From: Vulcanimicrobiota bacterium
GTDB lineage: Bacteria > Vulcanimicrobiota > Vulcanimicrobiia > Vulcanimicrobiales > Vulcanimicrobiaceae
DNA length: 64,000 nucleotides
Direction of reading: 5' to 3'
Assembly: GCA_963733295.1 (NCBI GenBank)
Contig: CAVTCS010000003.1
Coordinates: forward strand, 2,688,001-2,752,000
The notes beneath the pieces are model-generated. The model did no database searches. It saw nothing but the letters and a program-made list of their open reading frames with translations, and had not been told where the DNA came from. Below, piece by piece: positions 1 to 9,212 of the stretch. A program made the position numbers and the translations under genes. Each line of letters starts with the position of its first letter. Within the stretch, counting starts at the first letter, position 1.

Positions 1-404
1 GCCAGCGCCTTACCGTCGGTGGGCGACGGGTTCGGCGCGCTCGGCAGCGCGACGCCGGCGGCCTTCACCTTGGCCAGCGAATCGTCCACGACGAAGTTGA
101 AAACGGTGAGGAACGACTTGACGCTGCCGGCGCCGAACTTCTTGTTGAGCGACGCGACTTCGGCCGAGGTCTTGTCGCCGGCCAGCACCGTGACGAGCTT
201 GACCGAATTGAAGTCGCTCGGACCGCCGCCGGCGATGACCATCGAAAGCGTGGTCGGCAACGCGGGGTTTCCGCTATAGACGCCGGCGCTACTGAAGCGC
301 GCCGTCTGCGGGCTGGAGCTGCTATCGGCGCGTGCCGGGAGCGCCGTCGTCGCGACGGCCAATCCGGCAAACGCCGCCATCAGAAAATTGCGGGTGCGGT
401 TCAT
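1..404 (-). CDS. Secreted hypothetical protein, 3' end outside window
   Basis: Not in the ORF track. ATG at 404 with GAGGAG SD, open frame to the window edge. MNRTRNFLMAAFAGLAVATTALPARA reads as a signal peptide with an AxA site. Confidence 0.8.
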   Translation of the reverse strand, partial: MNRTRNFLMAAFAGLAVATTALPARADSSSSPQTARFSSAGVYSGNPALPTTLSMVIAGGGPSDFNSVKLVTVLAGDKTSAEVASLNKKFGAGSVKSFLTVFNFVVDDSLAKVKAAGVALPSAPNPSPTDGKAL

Positions 405-523
405 CGATTCTCCTCTGAGGAATCCTTGCGGGACTCTTCGTTGTAAGGGGACGCTTAGCGTGCGCCTCGGCGCGCGGCTATCTCCTCAACGAGCGAGACG
501 GCGTCTTGGATGGGTCGAAGCCG

Positions 524-2119
524 TTACAACCCGAGGGCGAGCGAATCGGCTCGCGGATCGGCACCGCCCGCCAGCGTCCCGCGCTCGCGATCGACCGCGA
601 TCGCCTGCCCGTGCCCGAGCGGATTCTCGAACGCGCCCAGGACCTGCACCACGTGTCCGCGCGCGCGCAACGCTGCGACCACTTCGGGGGCGAAGCGCGA
701 CTCGACGCGCACGCTGTCGGCGTAGGCCGCCTCGCTGTCGCGCCCGTAGACGAAGCGCGGCGCGTCGAGCGCCTGCTGGACGGAGAGCCCGCGTTCGTAT
801 ACGTTGTGGATCAGCTGCACCTGCGTTTGCGGCTGCCCGTCGCCGCCCATCGTTCCGTACACGAGTTCGGGCTTGCCGTCGCGCAAGAGCATGCCGGGCG
901 CGAGCGTGTGGAGCGGTCGCTTGCCGCCCGCGAGTTCGTTCGGGTGGCCCGGCTCGAGCGAAAAGTACGCTCCGCGATTCTGCAAGAAAACCCCCGTCCC
1001 GCGCGTGACGAGGCCCGAACCGAAGTTCATGTAAAGGCTCTCGATCAGCGAGACGGCGCGGCCCTCGGCATCGACTGCCACGATCGCTATCGTTCCGCCA
1101 CGCGCCGAATGCGCCAGACGCGGCTGCACCCGCTCGGGATCGATTCGCGCACGCATGCGCCCCAGTTCGTCCGGTTCGAGAAAGCGCGCAGGCGGGACGC
1201 GCATCGCCTCGGGGTCGGCAAAGTGCGTGTCGCGCACGTCGAAGGCGAGCTTCAGCGCCTCGATCGCGAGATGCGTCCAGAGCCCGTCGTCCGCTTCGCC
1301 GTCGTCCTGCAGTGCACCGAGCGCCATCAGCGCGACCGAGGCCTGTGAGTTCGGCGGGTTGGCGACGATCTCGCAACCGTGCCAGTCGATCTTCAGCGGA
1401 GCCGCGCGCTCGGTGCGTTGCGCGGCGAGGTCGTCCGGCGTCATCGGGTTGCCGCCCCGAGCCAGCGTCGCTGTAATCGCTTCGGCGATGCGGCCGTGAT
1501 AGAAGGCGTCGGCGCCGCCCGCCCGGATCGCCGCAAGCGTTTGCGCGAGCGGGACGTTGCGCAAGAGGTCACCGGCCCGCGGGCAACCGTGGCGTAAGAA
1601 CAACGCAGCGGCTTCTTCGTCGGCGCGCAGCAGCGCTTCGTTGAGTGCAAAGTAGGCGGCGACAACGTCGGTCGCCACGAACCCCTCCCGCGCGAAGCGC
1701 TCGGCCGGGGCTAGCAGCTCGTCGAGACTTCGCGTGCCGTGCGCGCGCAGCACGTCTTCCCACGAACGGACCGCGCCCGGCACGGTCACCGGCAGCGCGC
1801 CGCGTTCGGGCATATGACTGAAACCTCGCTCGCGCAGGCTCTGGGCGCTCAGCCCTGCCGCGGCTCGCCCGCTTCCGTTATAAGCGATGGTCTCGCCGCT
1901 GCGCGGTTCGTGTACGAGCCAGAACGCGTCGCCGCCGACTCCGCAGCTCGCGGGGTAGACGACGGCTAAGACCGCGTTGCAGGCGATCGCGGCGTCGACC
2001 GCGTTGCCGCCGGAGCGGAGCACCTCGACGCCGGCTGCGGTCGCTTGCGCGTGCGGCGACGCGATCATCGCCCGGGCCGAACGCGCGACCGCGCGCGTCG
2101 GAAATGTGTCTCTGCCCAT
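524..2119 (-). CDS. ggt: Gamma-glutamyltransferase family protein
   Basis: GGNAVDAAIA, GVGGDAF, VTVPG, PPNSQ, nucleophile GGTIAI, QNRG, KRPLHTL and GTMGGDGQPQ motifs. Start placed at MGRDTF. Confidence 0.93.
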   Translation of the reverse strand: MGRDTFPTRAVARSARAMIASPHAQATAAGVEVLRSGGNAVDAAIACNAVLAVVYPASCGVGGDAFWLVHEPRSGETIAYNGSGRAAAGLSAQSLRERGFSHMPERGALPVTVPGAVRSWEDVLRAHGTRSLDELLAPAERFAREGFVATDVVAAYFALNEALLRADEEAAALFLRHGCPRAGDLLRNVPLAQTLAAIRAGGADAFYHGRIAEAITATLARGGNPMTPDDLAAQRTERAAPLKIDWHGCEIVANPPNSQASVALMALGALQDDGEADDGLWTHLAIEALKLAFDVRDTHFADPEAMRVPPARFLEPDELGRMRARIDPERVQPRLAHSARGGTIAIVAVDAEGRAVSLIESLYMNFGSGLVTRGTGVFLQNRGAYFSLEPGHPNELAGGKRPLHTLAPGMLLRDGKPELVYGTMGGDGQPQTQVQLIHNVYERGLSVQQALDAPRFVYGRDSEAAYADSVRVESRFAPEVVAALRARGHVVQVLGAFENPLGHGQAIAVDRERGTLAGGADPRADSLALGL

Positions 2120-2177
2120 GATCGCCTTGTACCGCGAGCCGCAGGCCGCTCCTGGTTCGCTGCGAATCCTCCGGCGG

Positions 2178-3080
2178 ATGCTGGCCGTGGATCGCGTGAG
2201 CCGCTCGTTCGGCGCGGTCGAAGCCGTTCGCGACGTCAGCTTCAGCTGCGCCTCCGGCACGGTGCTGGGACTGCTGGGTCCCAACGGCGCCGGGAAGACG
2301 ACGACGATGCGGATGATCCTGGGGATCTATCCGCCCGACTCAGGCTCGATCTGCTGGAACGGCCGGGTCATCGACCGTGAGCTGCGCCGGGGTTTCGGCT
2401 ATCTTCCCGAGGAGCGCGGCCTCTACGCGAAGATGCGCGTCCGCGACCAGATCGAATACTTCGGGCGGCTGCACGGGCTCGACGACGCGGCGACGCGGAA
2501 ACGCAGCGCGGCTTGGATCGAACGGCTCGCGCTGAGCGAATACACGAAGCGAACCTGCAGCGAGCTTTCGAAAGGAAACCAGCAAAAGGTTCAGCTGGCC
2601 TGCGCCGTGGTTCACGACCCGGCCCTCCTGATATTGGACGAGCCGTTCGGCAGCCTCGACCCGGTCAATGCGGAGATCATGCTCGACTGCCTGCGCAAGC
2701 TCGTCGAGAGCGGCACGACGCTGCTCCTGTCGAGTCACCAGATGTGGCAGATCGAAAACCTGTGCCGCGAGTTCTGCATCATCGCCGCCGGCCAAGTGCG
2801 CCTGCGAGGCTCGCTCGAGGAGCTGCGCCGCTCCTTTCCGACGCGAACGGTGAAGGTAGCCCCCGACTTGCCCGCGATTCGCGCCGTCTTCGCCGCTTCC
2901 GGCGCCGGCGAGCCGGCCACGGAAGACGGTGCGCTCAGCTACGTGCTGCCGGCGCAGACCGATTTCGGAGCGCTGCTGCGCGCGGCGGTCGCGGCCGGAC
3001 CGGTCAGCGATTTCGAGCGGCGCCAGCCGTCGCTCAACGAGATCTACATGCACGCGCTTGACGGGGACGCCCAAAGATGA
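2178..3080 (+). CDS. ABC-2 transporter ATP-binding protein (NatA/YhaQ-like)
   Basis: Walker A GPNGAGKTT, GYLPEERGLY, LSKGNQQK signature, Walker B LILDEP, C-terminal PSLNEIY. Confidence 0.92.
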   Translation: MLAVDRVSRSFGAVEAVRDVSFSCASGTVLGLLGPNGAGKTTTMRMILGIYPPDSGSICWNGRVIDRELRRGFGYLPEERGLYAKMRVRDQIEYFGRLHGLDDAATRKRSAAWIERLALSEYTKRTCSELSKGNQQKVQLACAVVHDPALLILDEPFGSLDPVNAEIMLDCLRKLVESGTTLLLSSHQMWQIENLCREFCIIAAGQVRLRGSLEELRRSFPTRTVKVAPDLPAIRAVFAASGAGEPATEDGALSYVLPAQTDFGALLRAAVAAGPVSDFERRQPSLNEIYMHALDGDAQR

Positions 3081-4312
3081 ACGAGATCGGCATCGTCTTC
3101 GCGGCCGAATTCGCGCGCCGGCTCCGCTCGCGCGTCTATCTGCTCGCGACCCTCGGCGGCGTGCTCATGGTCGCGTTCATCGTCGAAGCGCCGGTGCTCT
3201 TTTCGCACGTCGCGCTCGCTTCCACGAGCGACGTCGTGCTCGCCGGACCGGCCGCTCTCCGAATGCGCGCCGCCACGCTCATGCAAGCCAAGCAGGACTT
3301 CCGGATCGTCGACTCGCTTGACGAGTTGCCTAAGCCCGTGACGCTCGCCTTTCTCGACGCGCACCAAAAGGCGGCTGCGGCGATCGAGCTTTCGGTGCGA
3401 AACAAGCAGTTGCACGTCGACGTCTACCCGCGCGACCTCGCCGCTTACGACGACATCGAGTTTCGCGTGCTCTTACCGCTCAGCCTCGAAGTCTCGACGG
3501 GACTCTCGAGCGCACAAGTTACGCCCGCCCTCAAGATCGCACGCAGGATCCATCCGATCGACCGGAAGTTCGTCGACGCGAAGAGTGCGACGTTCGCTCA
3601 CGGCGTCGCTTTCGGATTGATCTTCATCCTGTACTTCTCGATCATCATCTCGAGCCAGAGCGTGATGGCCTCGGTAGCCGAAGAGAAGACGAGCCGCATC
3701 GCCGAGCTGCTGGTCGCGACGATTTCCCCGGTGAATCTGCTGACGGCCAAGACGCTCGCCGCCGCCACGCTCGCGCTCCTGCAAATCGGAATCTGGGCCG
3801 CGACCGCGCTTGTGTTGCTGCCGGGCGCGGACGCTTCGCTGACCGGTCCTGGGTCGAGTCCGCCGCCGCCGCCGAATGCAGGACTGCTCGCCTTCGATCC
3901 GGGCGAATTGCTCGCGTTCGCGCTCTTTTTCTTGCTGGGATTCTTTCAATACGCGACGATCTATGCGGCGGCCGCTTCGCTCATTTCGCGCACCGAAGAC
4001 TTGGGCAGCGTCGCGACGCCCGTCATTCTGCCGGTCCTCGGGGCTTTCTTCGTGGCACAGTACGCGCTGTCGCAGCCGGCCTCGCCCTTCGCCGTCGCCT
4101 TCAGCTTCGTGCCGTTCATCTCGCCCTTCGTGATCTTCAGCCGCATCGCAATCAGTCTGGTTCCGTGGTGGCAGATCGCGCTCGCCGTGGTCGTGAATCT
4201 CATCACCGTGGCGGTATGCTTCTATCTCGGGGGCAAGATCTATCGGGTCGGCATGCTGCTCTACGGCAACGCGCCCTCCCCGCGCCAAATCTGGGCCGCT
4301 TTGCGAGCGTAG
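3077..4312 (+). CDS. ABC-2 permease (NatB/YhaP-like)
   Basis: ATGA overlap with the ATPase, EEKTSRIAELL and KIYRVGMLLYG motifs, multiple TM segments. Confidence 0.9.
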   Translation: MNEIGIVFAAEFARRLRSRVYLLATLGGVLMVAFIVEAPVLFSHVALASTSDVVLAGPAALRMRAATLMQAKQDFRIVDSLDELPKPVTLAFLDAHQKAAAAIELSVRNKQLHVDVYPRDLAAYDDIEFRVLLPLSLEVSTGLSSAQVTPALKIARRIHPIDRKFVDAKSATFAHGVAFGLIFILYFSIIISSQSVMASVAEEKTSRIAELLVATISPVNLLTAKTLAAATLALLQIGIWAATALVLLPGADASLTGPGSSPPPPPNAGLLAFDPGELLAFALFFLLGFFQYATIYAAAASLISRTEDLGSVATPVILPVLGAFFVAQYALSQPASPFAVAFSFVPFISPFVIFSRIAISLVPWWQIALAVVVNLITVAVCFYLGGKIYRVGMLLYGNAPSPRQIWAALRA

Positions 4313-4316
4313 CGAA

Positions 4317-4386
4317 CGCGTCGCACTTAGCGCGATTTCGGATCGAGCGCGTCGCACTTAGCGTGATTTCGGATCGAGCGCGTCGC
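4317..4386. repeat. Tandem 31-bp direct repeat (about 2.3 copies) duplicating the 3' end of dppC
   Basis: CGCGTCGCACTTAGCG(C/T)GATTTCGGATCGAG at 4317-4347 and 4348-4378 (one mismatch), followed by a partial CGCGTCGC. Confidence 0.9.
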
Positions 4387-5251
4387 GCAGGCCGTCGCCG
4401 AAGAGATTGACGCCGAGGACCGTGAACGAGATGGCGAGGCCGGGAAACGTGCCGAGCCACCAAGCGGTGTCCAGATATTGACGCCCGTCGGCCAGCATCG
4501 TGCCCCACGACGGGACGTTTTGCGGTGCGCCCAGCCCGAGAAAAGAGAGGGCGCTTTCCAAAATCACCGTGCGCGCCACCTCGAACGTCGCGAGAACCGT
4601 CACCGACGAGGCGACGTTGGGAAGCACGTGGCGCAACAGGATACGCCCGGGCGCGGCGCCGCTCGCGAACGCAGCTTGCACGAAATCGCGGTCGCGCAGC
4701 GAGAGCGTTTCGGCGCGCACGACGCGGACGTACTGCACCCAGCTCGTCACGCCGAGCACCGCGATGATCGTTCCGACGCCGGGACCGACCACCCCGACGA
4801 TCGCGATCGCGAGCAGCACGAACGGAAAGGCCAATTGAATGTCGGCGAGCCGCGAGATGATCGCGTCGGCCGGTCCGCCGAAATAGCCGGCGATCATGCC
4901 GGCGGCGACGCCGAGCGTCCCGCCGATCACGACGACCGAGAGTCCCACGATCGAGGCGACGCGCGTGCCCCAGATGACGCGCGACAAGATGTCGCGTCCC
5001 AGATTATCGGTACCGAGCGGATACGCCGAAGCTCCGCCCGCGAGCCAAGCCGGCGGTTTCAAGGCGAGGGGGAGATTCTGAGCGCTCGGATCGTGCGGTG
5101 CCAACTGCGGCGCGAAGAGCGCGCACAGCGCGACGATCGCGACGATCGCCGCACCCGCGACCGTCGCCGGCGACGCGAACAGAACCTGGGCGAACGCGCG
5201 GCGCTCCGGCGCGAACGCGAGCGAAGGGCCGGCTGCGGCGGCGCCGGTCAT
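4358..5251 (-). CDS. dppC: Peptide/nickel ABC transporter permease (DppC/OppC family)
   Basis: LGTDNLGRDILSR, EAA-like loop FVQAAFASGA, RHVLPN, LSFLGLG, GDGLRDALDP. Start at the ATGA overlap (5251). Confidence 0.92.
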   Translation of the reverse strand: MTGAAAAGPSLAFAPERRAFAQVLFASPATVAGAAIVAIVALCALFAPQLAPHDPSAQNLPLALKPPAWLAGGASAYPLGTDNLGRDILSRVIWGTRVASIVGLSVVVIGGTLGVAAGMIAGYFGGPADAIISRLADIQLAFPFVLLAIAIVGVVGPGVGTIIAVLGVTSWVQYVRVVRAETLSLRDRDFVQAAFASGAAPGRILLRHVLPNVASSVTVLATFEVARTVILESALSFLGLGAPQNVPSWGTMLADGRQYLDTAWWLGTFPGLAISFTVLGVNLFGDGLRDALDPKSR

Positions 5252-6165
5252 TCGTACCGTATCCGCGGGTCGAGCATGACGTAGACGACGTCGACGAACA
5301 GGTTTATGAGCACGAACGACATCGCGGAGAGCAGCACGACCACTTCCACGATCGGGTAGTCGCGATCGTAGATGGCCTGAACCGCGAGCCGCCCGATCCC
5401 GGGCCAAGCAAAGATGGTTTCGGTGATGATCGCTTGCGAGAGCAGCGTTCCCAGTTCGAGCCCGATGACGGTGACGATCGGCAGCCAGGCGTTACGCAGC
5501 GCGTGATGCAGGATGAGTCGCAGCGACCCGACGCCTTTGGCGCGTGCGGTTCGCAGAAAGTCGCTGCCCAGCACGTCGAGCATCGAGGCGCGCGTGAGAC
5601 GCATGATCTTCGCCGTCGAGAAGAGCGCGAGGGTCACGGCCGGCAACACGAGGTGCGAGAGACCGCCGATGCCGGCGACCGGAAACCAGCCGAGCTGCAC
5701 GCCGAAGATCAAGATCAGCATGATGCCGAGCCAGTAGACCGGCGTGCTCTGACCGACGAGCGCGAACAGGCGCGCGAACAGATCGAGCGCCGAGTTTCGC
5801 CGAACGGCCGCGACGACGCCCGCCGGAATTGCGAGGATCACCGCCAACACGAGCGCGCTGAACGCGAGTTCGGCCGACGCCGGAACGCGTTCCAACGTCA
5901 GCCCGAGCGCCGGCTCGCCGTGACGGAGCGAATCGCCGAAATCACCGTGCAGCGCGTTCCAGGCGAACGCGCCGAACTGCACCCAAAGCGGCCGGTCGAA
6001 ACCCTCGGCGTGACGGAACCGCGCGATCTCGGCAGGCGTCGACTCGAGCGGCATCATCAACGTGGCGGGATCGCCGCTCAAATGCAGGATGACGAACACC
6101 ATCACCGCGACGCCGGCGATGACCCACAACGCTCCGAGCGCCCGGCGTAAGAGAAAGGCGGTCAG
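5248..6165 (-). CDS. dppB: Peptide/nickel ABC transporter permease (DppB/OppB family), probable CTG start
   Basis: GDFGDS, TARAKG, HALRNA, ETIFAWPGIG, RDYP and LDPRIR motifs. Extending to CTG at 6165, 5 nt after GGGAG, gives the typical MTAFLLRR N-terminus. Confidence 0.9.
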   Translation of the reverse strand: MTAFLLRRALGALWVIAGVAVMVFVILHLSGDPATLMMPLESTPAEIARFRHAEGFDRPLWVQFGAFAWNALHGDFGDSLRHGEPALGLTLERVPASAELAFSALVLAVILAIPAGVVAAVRRNSALDLFARLFALVGQSTPVYWLGIMLILIFGVQLGWFPVAGIGGLSHLVLPAVTLALFSTAKIMRLTRASMLDVLGSDFLRTARAKGVGSLRLILHHALRNAWLPIVTVIGLELGTLLSQAIITETIFAWPGIGRLAVQAIYDRDYPIVEVVVLLSAMSFVLINLFVDVVYVMLDPRIRYE

Positions 6166-6174
6166 AGCCGCTCC

Positions 6175-7692
6175 CTATCCGCCCAGCTTCATCTCGTCGC
6201 AGAGCAACAATTCGTCGGGCCGGGCTTGCCATACGAGCCGCTTCGAACTCGCGTACAGGTCTTCGTACTCGAACAGGAAGAGCCACGGCGCCTCGTCGTG
6301 AACGATCGTCAACGCCTTCGAGTACAAGGCTTGCCGCTTGGCCGGATCGACTTCGTAGCGCGCGTCGGTGAGGAGCTTGTCGAGCTCCGGATTCGCGTAG
6401 GTCGAAAGGCGCGCGTCGCTCGAAAGCAGGCTCGTCAGCGTGTTGTCGGCATCGTAGCTGTCGTTGCCCCACCCGAGCTCGTAAGCCGGCGCCAACGCGC
6501 GCTGGCTGACTTGATTGACGTAGGTCGTCCATTCCGCGATGCGCGTGCTGACCTTCGCCCCGGTTGCGGAAAGCTGGCCCGCGACCGCTTCGGCCACTTC
6601 TTTGTCGCGGTTGTAACGGCCGGTCGGCGCGTTGATGACGAGCTCGAGGCCCTTGCCGTCCGGATAACCGGCCTGCGCGAGCAGCGCCTTGGCTTTGGGG
6701 AGATCGTGGTTGTAAAACGGGATCTTCGGATCGTAGCCGGTAAAATTCGGCGGCAGCGGCGAGGACAGCGGATAGCCGCGTCCGCCGAGCACCGTCTTGA
6801 CGATCGCGGGAACGTCGAGCGCGTAGTTCAGCGCCTGGCGTACGAGTTTGTTCGTCTGCGGGCCGGGCCGCAGCGTGTTGAAAGCGATGAACAGGACGCG
6901 AACGCTGCGCGCGCTTTCGAGCTGGGTCGTGCGCCCGCCGGCCAACTGGAGTTGATCCTGAACCGGAACGTTCGTAATCAAATCGGTCTCGCCGGTGCGC
7001 AGCGCGGCGACCCGCGAGGCCGCTTCGGGGATGGGTTTGAAGACGACGTGATCGATCGGCGCGCGGCCGTGCCACCAGTTTGGATTGACGTCGAGATCGA
7101 GTTCTTCGTCCTTGGTCCACGACTTGAACATGTAGGCGCCGCTGCCCATCGGATGTTCGGCTTCGTAAGCGTTCCCGTGTTCGGTCCAATACTTGCCGTC
7201 GACGATCATCGTGAGCCAGGGGTAACCCGGCATGAGCGCGACCGGATGCGGCGTCACGATCCGCACCGTGGAGGGATCCGGGGTTTCGACGCGCTCGACG
7301 GTATTGACGCGCGGCCCTTGTTCTGACTTCTCAGCGGGATCTTTGATCTTCTCGATCGAGAACTTGACGTCGGCACTCGTCAGAGGATCGCCGTTCCAAA
7401 ACTTTACGTTGCGCCGCAGCTTGAACTCCCACACCGTCGGCGCGACGCGGCGCCACGAGGTCGCGAGCCAAGGAATCACCTTACCGTCCCGGTCGTGGCG
7501 CACCATCGTGTCGAACATGTTGAGTTGCACGTTGGTCGTCGGGGTGATCGTGCGCTGGAGCGGATCCATCGTAACCGGATCGACGCCCTGAGAGATGACG
7601 ACCGTCGTGTCGGCAGCGGGAACCGGCCCGGGCGCCGCCGAGGCGACCAGCAGCAGCCCGGCACAAAGCGCGAGGGCGCGGCGAAGCTTCAT
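6175..7692 (-). CDS. dppA: Peptide ABC transporter substrate-binding protein (family 5)
   Basis: Signal peptide, LATSW...FKLRRNVKFWNGDPLTSADVKFS family-5 signature, VRQALNYALD. Confidence 0.92.
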   Translation of the reverse strand: MKLRRALALCAGLLLVASAAPGPVPAADTTVVISQGVDPVTMDPLQRTITPTTNVQLNMFDTMVRHDRDGKVIPWLATSWRRVAPTVWEFKLRRNVKFWNGDPLTSADVKFSIEKIKDPAEKSEQGPRVNTVERVETPDPSTVRIVTPHPVALMPGYPWLTMIVDGKYWTEHGNAYEAEHPMGSGAYMFKSWTKDEELDLDVNPNWWHGRAPIDHVVFKPIPEAASRVAALRTGETDLITNVPVQDQLQLAGGRTTQLESARSVRVLFIAFNTLRPGPQTNKLVRQALNYALDVPAIVKTVLGGRGYPLSSPLPPNFTGYDPKIPFYNHDLPKAKALLAQAGYPDGKGLELVINAPTGRYNRDKEVAEAVAGQLSATGAKVSTRIAEWTTYVNQVSQRALAPAYELGWGNDSYDADNTLTSLLSSDARLSTYANPELDKLLTDARYEVDPAKRQALYSKALTIVHDEAPWLFLFEYEDLYASSKRLVWQARPDELLLCDEMKLGG

Positions 7693-7831
7693 GGCCTCCG
7701 GTGCGGCCCTCCCGGTCGGGCCTCCTGCCTACCGTGTTTTTCGCATCCCGGAGAAACGGGCGCCGGAAACCGTCAGCCAAGCGCGGAACCTAATTTCGGC
7801 TCGTTCTTGCTTGCTAGTGAGGTATTTGGCA

Positions 7832-9190
7832 ATGACCCAACCCGCAGCAACCGCCCTCCCGAACCGCTGGCTCATCGCAACCGCAGGTACGGTCGTCATG
7901 ATTTGCCTCGGCACCGTGTACTCGTGGAGCATCTTTACGCGACCCTTGATCGCGACTCGCCATTGGACGAATACCGAGACGACCTGGATCTTCGCGCTCG
8001 CGATTTTCTTCCTCGGCGTGGGAGCCGTCATCGGCGGACGCTGGCAGGACAAGGTTGGTCCGCGCATCGTCACGACCGCGGGGGTCCTGCTCTGGGGCGC
8101 CGGCAATTTGCTGGCGGGCCTTGGAATCAATTCCTTCGACGCTTGGTGGATGTACGTATTCTACGGCGTCATCGGCGGCCTTGGACTTGGGATGGGATAC
8201 ATCACGCCGGTCGCAACGGTGACGAAGTGGTTCCCCGACAAGCGCGGCCTCGCGAGCGGTATGGTCGTGATGGGCTTTGGCCTCGGCGCTTTCGTCTTCA
8301 ACCAAATCGTCACGCGAATTGCCGGCTTCGCGACCGCGGCGAAGCACGCCACGGCGTACATCGCGGCGAAAGACGCCGCGACGAAATCCGGGATCACCTT
8401 CGACCCCAGTTCGATTCCCGCCGCGCTCCAATTGTCGCCCGACGATTCGGGCGCGATCGCCAGCGTCTTCATCGCGGCCGGAATCATTTTCGCGATCGTC
8501 GGCGGTCTCTGCGCGCTGACGCTACGAAACCCGCCGCCGGGCTTCAGCGTTGCCGGCGCCGTGGCTACGGCAGCCAGCGGTGGCCGGAGCTATACCCCGG
8601 GCGAAGCGCTGCGCACGCCCCAGTTCTATCTGCTCTGGTTGATGCTGTTCCTCAACGTCACGGCCGGCATTCTGATCATCAGCAACGCCGTGCCGATCTA
8701 CAGCGACTTGACGAGTGCGACCGCCGCGCAAGCGGGCGCGATCTACGGCTTCCTGGCGGTTTTCAATGGTCTCGGCCGCTTCTTCTGGGGAGCGGTTTCG
8801 GACCGGATCGGCCGCAACATGGCCTTCGTGCTGATCTTCGGCATTCAGGCGGTCGTGTTCTTCGTCATGGGCGGATTACACGACTTCGTGGCGCTCGGTA
8901 TCGCCTTCGGGATCGTGCTGCTCTGCTACGGCGGCGGCTTCGGTACGATGCCCTCGTTCAACGCCGATTACTTCGGAACGAAGTTCTTGGGCGTCAACTA
9001 CGGGATGATCATCACCGCGTGGGGTTTCGCCGGCATCGTCGGGCCGCTCATCGCCGCCTTCGTGAAGGATCGTACCGGCTCGTTCACCGGTGCCCTCGTG
9101 CCGGTCGCGATCATGCTGCTCGTCGCCGCGATCCTGCCCTTCTTGACGAAGAAACCGGCCGAATCGGCTGCGCTGGTGGGAGCCACCTAA
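7832..9190 (+). CDS. OFA family MFS transporter (oxalate/formate antiporter-like)
   Basis: GTVYSWS, KWFPDKRGLASG, NGLGRFFWGAVSDRIGR, YGGGFGTMP and ADYFG motifs. Confidence 0.9.
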   Translation: MTQPAATALPNRWLIATAGTVVMICLGTVYSWSIFTRPLIATRHWTNTETTWIFALAIFFLGVGAVIGGRWQDKVGPRIVTTAGVLLWGAGNLLAGLGINSFDAWWMYVFYGVIGGLGLGMGYITPVATVTKWFPDKRGLASGMVVMGFGLGAFVFNQIVTRIAGFATAAKHATAYIAAKDAATKSGITFDPSSIPAALQLSPDDSGAIASVFIAAGIIFAIVGGLCALTLRNPPPGFSVAGAVATAASGGRSYTPGEALRTPQFYLLWLMLFLNVTAGILIISNAVPIYSDLTSATAAQAGAIYGFLAVFNGLGRFFWGAVSDRIGRNMAFVLIFGIQAVVFFVMGGLHDFVALGIAFGIVLLCYGGGFGTMPSFNADYFGTKFLGVNYGMIITAWGFAGIVGPLIAAFVKDRTGSFTGALVPVAIMLLVAAILPFLTKKPAESAALVGAT

Positions 9191-9212
9191 AGCCCGGGCG
9201 TAGCAGCGCCGT

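Noticed and set aside
4317..4386. Possible mini CRISPR array
   Set aside because: The repeats are contiguous with no spacers, copy coding sequence, and no cas genes are present.
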